Shown piece by piece: positions 15,679 to 22,897 of a DNA stretch of 24,000 bases (positions are counted from its first letter, which is position 1; every line of letters starts with the position of its first letter). The notes beneath the pieces are model-generated. The model saw only the letters and a list, made by a program, of their open reading frames with translations, ran no database searches and was not told where the DNA came from. The DNA lies in the sequence record OL963731.1. One strand, given 5' to 3'. This DNA comes from Citromicrobium phage vB_CbaS-RXM. Both the position numbers and the translations under genes were made by a program.

Positions 15679-17928
15679 TTGCGCCTCAAGCCCAAACCCA
15701 CCCTAGTCTTCGACATCGAGACTGACGGTCTGCTCAAGCAGCTTACCGTCTGCCACTGCCTCGTCATCAAGGATGTCGAGACCGGGGTGGTGCGGCGATT
15801 CCGCAAGAACAAGGTCGAGGACACGATCCAGAAGGGTCTCGACCTGCTGCAGACCGCCGAGCGGATCATCGGCCACAACATCCTCTCCTTCGACTTACCC
15901 GCGCTGGAAAAGCTCTACGACTGGCAACCCGAAGCGATCATCGAAGACACCATCGTCCACGCCCGTCTGCGCTTCCCCGACCAGAAGGAGAAGGACTTCC
16001 GTCTCTTCGAGCATGGGAAGATCGATGGCAAGCTGATCGGCACCCACAAGCTCGAAGCGTGGGGCCAGCGGCTCGGCCTGTGGAAGGCCGACTACAAGGA
16101 CATCAAGGAGGCCGAAGCTCTCGCGCTCGGCTACCTCAAAGGCTCCGACGAAATGCGCCTCCATGTGTGGGGCACATGGAATCAGGAGATGGACGACTAC
16201 TGTGTGCAGGACGTTGAAGTCACGACTGCACTCTGGCTGGCGCTGCAGCAGCGTGAGACCTCGCCCGAGGCGCTGCTGGTCCAGCACCTCCTCGCCGATC
16301 TCATGGCGCGACAGGAGCAGTCGGGCTTCATGTTCCGGACCGCCGAGGCGCAGAAGCTCGCCGACATTCTCAACGAGGAGAAGGAGCGGCTGCAGGAACA
16401 ACTCTCGAAGGAGTTTCCCGGTCGCTACGTCCCGAAGAAGATGATGGACGCCGCGCCGATTGGCCGGAACGTCAACGGCGGCGAGTTCCCCGACTTCGGG
16501 ATCACTCCGGACGACGAGGACAACCAGCGGTGGTGGGGTTACCCGCAGATGCGGGAGAAGGACTCCCCGAACTGGAAGCTCCGTATCTGTCCGGAGACCG
16601 GGCGGACGCTCTCGAACACGCCCTACAAGGCCGGGTCTTGGTATACCGCCGTCAAGTGGCAGGAGTTCAATCCCCGCTCGCGCCAGCAGATCACCAACCG
16701 GCTGCAGGACATGGGCTGGGAGCCGGAAGAGGAAGACTACACCGAGAAGGGCAACGTCAAGGCGAACGATGTGATCCTGCGTCGCATCGCCGAGAAGTTC
16801 CCGGTCGCGTGGGTCCTCGCCGATCTCATGGCCGTGAACAAGCTGCTCGGCCAGTTGGCGGACGGCAAGAACGCATGGCTCAAGCTGGTCGATGACGATG
16901 GCTTCCTGCGGGCCTACACCAACCCGTGTGGCGCGGTGACGACCCGTGCGACGCACTCGTTCCCGAACATCGCACAGATTCCCGCCGTCCGGAAGAAGAA
17001 GGCGGGCGTCTCCGATCTCAAGAACGCCGATCCTTCCTACGAGGGGATCGTCACCCCGAACGCATGGTGGAAGAACGGCCCGGTCTTCGTCACGCCTCAC
17101 GCGCTCGAAGAAGCTGCGAAGAAGGCTGGCGTCGAGGCGGTCACATGGCGTGACTTGCCCGATGACGCCTCGGTCGAGGTGGTCATCCTCGGCCTCAAGG
17201 GCGGCTGGGGTTACGAGTGCCGGTCGCTGTTCACGGTGCCGGAGGGCTGGTCGCTGGTCGGCTCCGACTTGGCCGGGATCGAGCTTCGCTGTCTGGCGCA
17301 CCGCATGGCGGCGTATGACGGCGGCGCTTACGGACGGATCATCCTCGAAGGAGACATCCACTCCGAGAACCAGCAAGCCGCTGGTCTGGAAACCCGCGAT
17401 ACCGCGAAGACCTTCATCTACGCCTTCCTCTACGGGGCGGGCGACGAGAAGATCGGCAAGATCGTGGCTCCGCTGGCGTCCCCGGCGAAGCAGAAGAAGA
17501 TCGGCAAGGACCTCAAGGCCAAGTTCCTGCGGAACATCCCGGCGCTCAACCGGGTCATCCGTGATGTCCAGAAGCAGGCCCGCCGCCAGTTCATCGAAGG
17601 ACTGGATGGTCGCCGCCTGTTCGTCCGCGCCAAACACGCGGCTCTCAACACCGACCTGCAGGGCATGGGCGCGACCATCGCGAACTGGTGGCTGATCTTC
17701 ATCATGGAGTTCCTCGAAGAAGAGGGCCTCGAATACGGCTGGGACAAGGACTTCACCTTCTGCGCTTGGGTCCACGACGAAGTGCAGATCGCGTGTCGTG
17801 AAGGTCTCGAACCGCTGATCGAGGAAATCTGCATCGACGCCGCTGCCGAAGCGGGACGCTACCTCGGTTTCAAGATGCCCGTCGATGCCTCGGCCTCGAA
17901 CGGCAAGACATGGGCGGTCACTCACTAA
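15679..17928 (+). CDS. family A DNA polymerase with 3'-5' exonuclease domain (TTG start)
   Basis: VFDIETDG (Exo I), NILSFDLPALEKL, WSLVGSDLAGIELRCLAH (motif A), RDTAKTFIYAFLYGAGDEKIG (motif B), WVHDEVQI (motif C). AAAGG precedes the TTG. Confidence 0.95.
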   Translation: MRLKPKPTLVFDIETDGLLKQLTVCHCLVIKDVETGVVRRFRKNKVEDTIQKGLDLLQTAERIIGHNILSFDLPALEKLYDWQPEAIIEDTIVHARLRFPDQKEKDFRLFEHGKIDGKLIGTHKLEAWGQRLGLWKADYKDIKEAEALALGYLKGSDEMRLHVWGTWNQEMDDYCVQDVEVTTALWLALQQRETSPEALLVQHLLADLMARQEQSGFMFRTAEAQKLADILNEEKERLQEQLSKEFPGRYVPKKMMDAAPIGRNVNGGEFPDFGITPDDEDNQRWWGYPQMREKDSPNWKLRICPETGRTLSNTPYKAGSWYTAVKWQEFNPRSRQQITNRLQDMGWEPEEEDYTEKGNVKANDVILRRIAEKFPVAWVLADLMAVNKLLGQLADGKNAWLKLVDDDGFLRAYTNPCGAVTTRATHSFPNIAQIPAVRKKKAGVSDLKNADPSYEGIVTPNAWWKNGPVFVTPHALEEAAKKAGVEAVTWRDLPDDASVEVVILGLKGGWGYECRSLFTVPEGWSLVGSDLAGIELRCLAHRMAAYDGGAYGRIILEGDIHSENQQAAGLETRDTAKTFIYAFLYGAGDEKIGKIVAPLASPAKQKKIGKDLKAKFLRNIPALNRVIRDVQKQARRQFIEGLDGRRLFVRAKHAALNTDLQGMGATIANWWLIFIMEFLEEEGLEYGWDKDFTFCAWVHDEVQIACREGLEPLIEEICIDAAAEAGRYLGFKMPVDASASNGKTWAVTH

Positions 17929-18389
17929 TGTCCGACGACAACCTGATCTACGGCTTCCAAGGCCGTTACCGCTTCCTGTCCAACTTCCACCCGGTGCGCC
18001 GGGGCGTCTACCTCGACGGGTTTCGCTACCCGACCGTGGAACACGCCTACCAAGCCGCGAAGACGTTGTGCCCGGTCGAACGTGCCGAGATTTGTCACGC
18101 CAAGACCCCCGGCGAGGCGAAGCGATTGGGGCGGGAGGTAACCATCCGCGAGAATTGGGCGGTCCATCGCCTGTGTTCGATGGAGGGCCTCCTGCGACAG
18201 AAGTTCGCCCCTCGCACGTATCTAGCCGGTCAACTCAAGAACACCGGCACGAAGAAGATCGTGGAGGGCAATACGTGGGGCGATACCTTTTGGGGTCGCT
18301 GCAACGGGAAGGGCCACAACCATCTCGGCGAACTCCTCATGGAGATTCGTCAGGACCTCATCACCAACTACACAACCGGATCACGATAA
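17928..18389 (+). CDS. NADAR-domain protein (YbiA/DUF1768-like)
   Basis: YGFQGRYRFLSNFHP, YPTVEHAYQAAK, GEAKRLGR, NTWGDTFWGRCNGKGHNHLGELLMEIR match the canonical NADAR pattern. ATG overlaps the polymerase stop (TAATG). Confidence 0.92.
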   Translation: MSDDNLIYGFQGRYRFLSNFHPVRRGVYLDGFRYPTVEHAYQAAKTLCPVERAEICHAKTPGEAKRLGREVTIRENWAVHRLCSMEGLLRQKFAPRTYLAGQLKNTGTKKIVEGNTWGDTFWGRCNGKGHNHLGELLMEIRQDLITNYTTGSR

Positions 18390-18688
18390 TGAACCCTGTC
18401 ACCTTCGCGAAGTTCTTCTGGCTGGCAGTGGCCATCGCCGGGGCCGTCGCCGCCGAGTATTTCGGCCAGAGCTATTGCTACTTCGCCACGTTCGTCGGCG
18501 TCTACCAGTTCTTCAAAATCGAGATGATCGAGTGCTGCGGCGCGGCCTGTCTCGCGGCGATGACCGCCTACGAGAACGCGACCGACCAGATCGAGTTCGC
18601 CGACGAAAGCGAACTCGGCCCGATGGCGATCCTCGACACGCCGACCTTCGCCGCCCGGATGAAGTCCTTTCAGGACAGCAACGGGTGA
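18389..18688 (+). CDS. small membrane-associated hypothetical protein
   Basis: MNPVTFAKFFWLAVAIAGAVAAEYFGQSYCYFATFVGVYQFF... with N-terminal hydrophobic helices. TAATG overlap with the NADAR stop. Confidence 0.75.
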   Translation: MNPVTFAKFFWLAVAIAGAVAAEYFGQSYCYFATFVGVYQFFKIEMIECCGAACLAAMTAYENATDQIEFADESELGPMAILDTPTFAARMKSFQDSNG

Positions 18689-18834
18689 CCGACCACGCGC
18701 TCGTGCTGCTGCTGCTCTTCGTCCTTCTGGTCGTGGGTAGCGTCGCAGGCGTCATCACTCTCCTCGAAACCACCATCACCGCGACCATCGAGCGGCTCAA
18801 GCTCGACGACGCGGATGAGGAACCCGATCTGTGA
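18685..18834 (+). CDS. 49-aa single-pass membrane protein
   Basis: VTDHALVLLLLFVLLVVGSVAGVITLLETTITATIERLKLDDADEEPDL. GTG start overlaps the previous stop, and its stop overlaps the next gene's GTG. Confidence 0.65.
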   Translation: MTDHALVLLLLFVLLVVGSVAGVITLLETTITATIERLKLDDADEEPDL

Positions 18835-19469
18835 AAATCCTCTACTACGACACCGAGACGACCGGCTTGCCGAACCGCAACCGGTCGCTCGATTATCCTA
18901 CCCAGCCGTATGTCGCCCAACTCGCCTACCTGCTGGAAGGCGATGATGGCGAACTGATCGAGGAGAACGATCTTCTCATCAAGCCCTACGACGACAAGTG
19001 GATCATGTCGCCGCAGTCGCAGGCGATCCACGGGAAGACCCGCGAGATGTGCGAAGAGCAGGGCCTTCCACTGCCGGAAGTGATGGACATCTTCATCGAC
19101 GCCATCGTCGAGTGCGATGTGCTGGTCTGCCACAACGTCTCGTTCGACAAGCTGCTCCTGCAGATTCAGGCCGCGAAGATGGACAAGGACATGCAGACCT
19201 CGGCGATCTTCGAGGGCAAGCCGCATGTCTGCACGATGCTGGCCGCGATGCCGATCTGCAAGCTCCCCAAGAAGGATCGCAAGACCGGCTGGAAGTGGCC
19301 GACGCTGCAGGAGACTCATGTTCACTTCTTCGGCGAGCAGTTCGACGGCGCTCACGATGCGATGGCCGACATCACCGCGACGCGCCGGGTCTTCCGGGAA
19401 CTGGCCAAGATCGGCGCGCTCGACGAGCCGTTCCGCAAGGTGGGATTGGAGGCACCGACCTATGGGTGA
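18831..19469 (+). CDS. DnaQ-like 3'-5' exonuclease
   Basis: YYDTETTGLP (Exo I), CHNVSFDKLLL (Exo II), HDAMADITATRRVF (Exo III). Confidence 0.9.
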   Translation: MKILYYDTETTGLPNRNRSLDYPTQPYVAQLAYLLEGDDGELIEENDLLIKPYDDKWIMSPQSQAIHGKTREMCEEQGLPLPEVMDIFIDAIVECDVLVCHNVSFDKLLLQIQAAKMDKDMQTSAIFEGKPHVCTMLAAMPICKLPKKDRKTGWKWPTLQETHVHFFGEQFDGAHDAMADITATRRVFRELAKIGALDEPFRKVGLEAPTYG

Positions 19470-19809
19470 TCTCCTTCGCATCGAACCCGAGCTTCACTTC
19501 CCGAAGCTGACGGTCTTCGAGACCGGCGACCAGTTCAACACCGAGCGCGGTCGCTACTTCTTCCGTGATGTGCAGGGCGCTCTCCACGGCCCCTTCAAGT
19601 CAAAGCTCAAGGCGTCGCTCGAACTGCTGCGGACCTGCCCGACCTCCGGCGCGCCCATGCGGACCCCGTTCCAGCATGACGGCATGTGGTGGTGGAAGAA
19701 GGACACCGCGTCGGGCGTCAGCGTCGAAGGCCCCTACGAATACGAGGGCGAAGCCGAGACCTCCATCATCAACTTCATGGACGACCTCCGAGACAAGGCA
19801 AATCAATGA
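19462..19809 (+). CDS. hypothetical protein
   Basis: 115-aa frame from ATG at 19462, overlapping both neighbours by a few nt. Confidence 0.7.
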   Translation: MGDLLRIEPELHFPKLTVFETGDQFNTERGRYFFRDVQGALHGPFKSKLKASLELLRTCPTSGAPMRTPFQHDGMWWWKKDTASGVSVEGPYEYEGEAETSIINFMDDLRDKANQ

Positions 19810-20933
19810 CCAACCCCGGTGCAGAATACTTTGAGAAGCTGAACGCCGAGGTCGAGGACGAAATCCTCGCCGAGGGCGTCATCGACTTCGCCTCCATGTT
19901 CAAAGCCTACGAGGCGTTGAACGAGAAGGAATGGAAATACGACCGCCGCGCCAGCCTCGGCGCGTCGGAGGTGTTCCAGTGCCTCCGCAAGTCGTTCTTC
20001 GCGAAGTGGGGATACGAACCCGACGACGATCACGAGGACGATTGGGGCGCGGCCAAGCGCGGCGACATCATCGAGAACTACTTCGCGGTCCCGGCGCTGC
20101 GGGCGATCCTCGAATGCGGCGAGCGCCTCACGATGGAAGGCGACACGCAGGAGACGCTCCGGATCGGTCGCCTGTCCGCGACGCTCGACGGCCTCGTGGT
20201 GGACTGCCACCCGAACGCGCTGGCGCAGCTTGGGATCGACGATCTCGAAAGCGACTGCTTCGTGGCCGAGTTCAAGAGCTTCGACCCTCGGGCGAACATC
20301 AACGAGGAGAAGGCGATCCACCGGGGGCAGACGCAGGTCCAGATGGGTATCCTCCACGAGTTGACCGAGCATCGCCCGGAATACGCGGTGATCTTCTACT
20401 TCAACGCCTCGTGGCTGTCGGACATCAAGTTCTATGTCGTGAAGCGCGATCCCAAGATTTACGAGATCGCGAAGAAGCGCGCCCAACTGGTCTTCACCGA
20501 TCAGGACCCGGCAGATGTCGATGCCGAGGGCAAGATCGACGACACCTGCAACCTCTGCTCCTTCCACGAGGAGTGCGCCATCGCTTCGAAGGCTTCGATC
20601 CCGACCACCAAGCGGAAGATCGAGAGCGAAGACGATATGAACGAACTCGCCCGTCTGGCGCTCCTTCGCGATGAAGCGAAGCGGGCGATGGACGATGCCG
20701 AGGGTGAACTGAAATCGCTCAACAAGGCGATCAAGGACTTCCTCCGCAAGCACGACACCAAGGGCGCGGGCGATCCCCGGTTCAACGTCTCCCTGTCGTG
20801 GAACAAGGGCAAAAAGTCCACCGATCTGCTGGCGATGCAGGCCGATGGGATCGATGTCGAAGCCTATCAGAACGAAGGCCACGGCTTCGAGGTCCTCCGC
20901 GTCACTTGGAAGGGCAATGGTCCTTCCGATTGA
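19806..20933 (+). CDS. PD-(D/E)XK nuclease, Cas4/RecB-like
   Basis: LGASEVFQCLRKSFFAKWG, D...CFVAEFKSFDPR, QVQMGIL, and C-terminal CNLCSFHEECA cysteines. Confidence 0.8.
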   Translation: MTNPGAEYFEKLNAEVEDEILAEGVIDFASMFKAYEALNEKEWKYDRRASLGASEVFQCLRKSFFAKWGYEPDDDHEDDWGAAKRGDIIENYFAVPALRAILECGERLTMEGDTQETLRIGRLSATLDGLVVDCHPNALAQLGIDDLESDCFVAEFKSFDPRANINEEKAIHRGQTQVQMGILHELTEHRPEYAVIFYFNASWLSDIKFYVVKRDPKIYEIAKKRAQLVFTDQDPADVDAEGKIDDTCNLCSFHEECAIASKASIPTTKRKIESEDDMNELARLALLRDEAKRAMDDAEGELKSLNKAIKDFLRKHDTKGAGDPRFNVSLSWNKGKKSTDLLAMQADGIDVEAYQNEGHGFEVLRVTWKGNGPSD

Positions 20934-20951
20934 CCTCCGTGTTTATTCTGG

Positions 20952-20980
20952 TTGACATTTCCAAACGAATCGTCTAGCCA
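20952..20980 (+). promoter_or_regulatory. sigma70-like promoter upstream of 21037..22074
   Basis: TTGACA-N17-TAGCCA with ACGAATCGTC in the spacer. Confidence 0.65.
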
Positions 20981-21036
20981 GACTACACATTCAAGGTCAC
21001 CCCGACCAACATCCCCTGAATGGAGTTTTTTCGAAT

Positions 21037-22074
21037 ATGGGTTCTCTCGTTCCTGCCGGTCGGACCGGCGCAATCTCGGTCTATGAGGGTTCCGATAACC
21101 CGTGGGCCGATCAGGGTCGCGAAGTCGAAAGCGGCGCGTTCCTCAACTTCAACGGCAACTCCGGCGAACTGACCTTCGGGGCAGACGACAACGTGCTGCC
21201 CGATGGCTCGACGGTCGTCGCCGACTTCCTCAACCAGTCTGTCGGCTGGATTTGCTGGAAGGACAGCGAGCCGGTCGAAGAAGTCCTGATCCCCGTGACC
21301 GAAGGCAAGCCGCCGATGGAACACGAACTCAAGGACCACGGCCCCTACGATGACGAAGATGACGGCTGGCGTGAAGCCACCGCGATCCCGATGGTCATCG
21401 AAAGCGTCGGCGGCGATCCGGAACACGAGTTCGTCGGCACCAAGCTCCTGTTCAAGACCTCGACGCGGGGCGCGGTGCGCTCGGTGAAGAAGGTCGCAGG
21501 CCAGTTCGGCAAGCAGTTCCGCGAACACATGGGCGAACTGCCTGTGATCGAGGTCACGACCGAAGGCTACACGCCCCGCGAGAAGAAGTATGGCAAGAAG
21601 TATGCCATCAACTTCAAGATCGTGGACTGGTTCGGCGAAGATCAGCTTGCCGAACTCGCCGGTCTCCTGCCCGACGAAGACGGCGAATACCTGCCGGAAG
21701 ACGCCGATGGTGCGGACGATGGCGCTGCTGCTGCAGCCGCCGAAGCCGCCGCCGCGAAGAAGGCCGAGGAAGAAGCAGCCGCCAAGGCCGCTGCGGAAGC
21801 CGAAGCCAAGCGCCTCGCCGACGAAGAAGCCGCTGCTGCTGCAGCCGCCGAAGCCGAACCTGCGCCGCCGCCGCGTCGCACCCGTCGCACCGCTGCTGCA
21901 CCCGCAGCCGATGCCCCTGCAGCCGAAGACGCTGCACCCGCCGCTGCCCCGGCTCGTCGCCGCACCGCAGCACCCGCCGCCGCCGCCAATGACGCCGAGA
22001 TGGAACCCGCCCCCGAACCCGTGGGCCGGTCCGCCGAGCGTGGTGGTCGCCGCACCCGTCGCTTCGCGCAGTAA
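21037..22074 (+). CDS. hypothetical protein with acidic/Ala-rich linker and basic RRTRR tail, possibly a ssDNA-binding protein
   Basis: 345-aa ORF with a compact 200-residue N-terminal region and a long low-complexity C-terminus. The functional suggestion rests only on location between nuclease and helicase and on the tail composition. Confidence 0.75.
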   Translation: MGSLVPAGRTGAISVYEGSDNPWADQGREVESGAFLNFNGNSGELTFGADDNVLPDGSTVVADFLNQSVGWICWKDSEPVEEVLIPVTEGKPPMEHELKDHGPYDDEDDGWREATAIPMVIESVGGDPEHEFVGTKLLFKTSTRGAVRSVKKVAGQFGKQFREHMGELPVIEVTTEGYTPREKKYGKKYAINFKIVDWFGEDQLAELAGLLPDEDGEYLPEDADGADDGAAAAAAEAAAAKKAEEEAAAKAAAEAEAKRLADEEAAAAAAAEAEPAPPPRRTRRTAAAPAADAPAAEDAAPAAAPARRRTAAPAAAANDAEMEPAPEPVGRSAERGGRRTRRFAQ

Positions 22075-22100
22075 CGCGCTACCGCCGAAGTGACGAAACC

Positions 22101-22139
22101 GGGCCGGAGGAGGGTTTCCCCTTTTACCTCCTCCGGCCC
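22101..22139 (+). terminator. strong hairpin after 21037..22074, terminator-like but without an adjacent T tract
   Basis: GGGCCGGAGGAGG / CCTCCTCCGGCCC, 13-bp perfect stem with a 13-nt loop. The only T run nearby is 10 nt downstream. Confidence 0.55.
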
Positions 22140-22156
22140 ACCGCGAGGGTTTTCCT

Positions 22157-22468
22157 GTGACAGACATTCCGCTGATCGGTCAGAAGCCGATTCCCGACCT
22201 CAACTACCTGCAGAAGCTCCCCGTCGCCCGGTCGGGCAGTGACACGGCTGGCCAACCCGGCAAGTCGATGTTCATCACCTCGGGCTGGGTGGGCCGCGCC
22301 GTCGCCAACCGGTCGCAGTTCCCGGAGAACCCGGACAGCAACAACTACGTGATCGGCGTCAACGGGCGTGGATCGCTGCAGATCGCCGAGAACGAGTTCG
22401 ACGAACTTCTGTCCTCCATGCTCGCCGTCGCCCGCGTCCGGGCCGGGTTCGAGCCGACCGAGAAGTGA
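22157..22468 (+). CDS. hypothetical protein
   Basis: GTG start preceded by GAGGGT. 103 aa. Follows a strong hairpin. Confidence 0.65.
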   Translation: MTDIPLIGQKPIPDLNYLQKLPVARSGSDTAGQPGKSMFITSGWVGRAVANRSQFPENPDSNNYVIGVNGRGSLQIAENEFDELLSSMLAVARVRAGFEPTEK

Positions 22469-22785
22469 GCGCCATGCAGAAGACCCTCAAGCTCCGCGTC
22501 CTCGACTACCTGTTCACCAAGCTCTTCGGCCCGGTGGACATCGACGCGGAAATCTACACCACCGACACCGAAATCCTCATCGTCCAACTGGCCGTGCGAA
22601 CCCGCTTTGGCAGCTTCGCCGTCCCCGTCCTTCACAAGCAGCTTCCGCCTGCAGGAGCCGGTTTCGTTCTCGATGCGGTCGAAGCCATCGACAGCATCGA
22701 CGCCGGAGTGATCGACCATGTGGGCGGGCTTCTCCCGCCTGCCGACGAACGCGCCGACAACGACGAGGATACGCGGCCCGCCTAA
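22465..22785 (+). CDS. hypothetical protein
   Basis: GTG at 22465 overlaps the upstream stop. An alternative ATG lies at 22474. 106 aa. Ends just before a hairpin with a T tract. Confidence 0.62.
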   Translation: MSAMQKTLKLRVLDYLFTKLFGPVDIDAEIYTTDTEILIVQLAVRTRFGSFAVPVLHKQLPPAGAGFVLDAVEAIDSIDAGVIDHVGGLLPPADERADNDEDTRPA

Positions 22786-22796
22786 GCGCCGCGACC

Positions 22797-22840
22797 GAGG
22801 CTCGGTGGGTCCGCTCCTCCCCACCGAGCCTCCCCCTTTT
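22797..22840 (+). terminator. rho-independent terminator
   Basis: GAGGCTCGGTGGG / CCCACCGAGCCTC, 13-bp perfect stem with a 10-nt loop followed by CCCCTTTT. Confidence 0.8.
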
Positions 22841-22897
22841 CAGTCCATCCCGCCAGCGCGTCCGCCGCGCCACGGCATCACTCGTCCGGAATCCCAC

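Noticed and set aside
15895-17925. 676-aa minus-strand ORF opposite the DNA polymerase
   Set aside because: Same shadow effect. The sense strand has all polymerase A and exonuclease motifs.
18513-19481. 322-aa minus-strand ORF
   Set aside because: Antisense to the DnaQ-like gene and small membrane genes. Low-complexity Arg/Ser tail.
21720-22010. Possible tandem repeat array or CRISPR-like repeats
   Set aside because: Irregular GCN-rich codons within one intact reading frame, with no spacer structure.
20983-22167. 394-aa Gly/Cys-rich minus-strand ORF
   Set aside because: Composition is the reverse complement of the Ala/Glu/Arg codon tail of 21037..22074.
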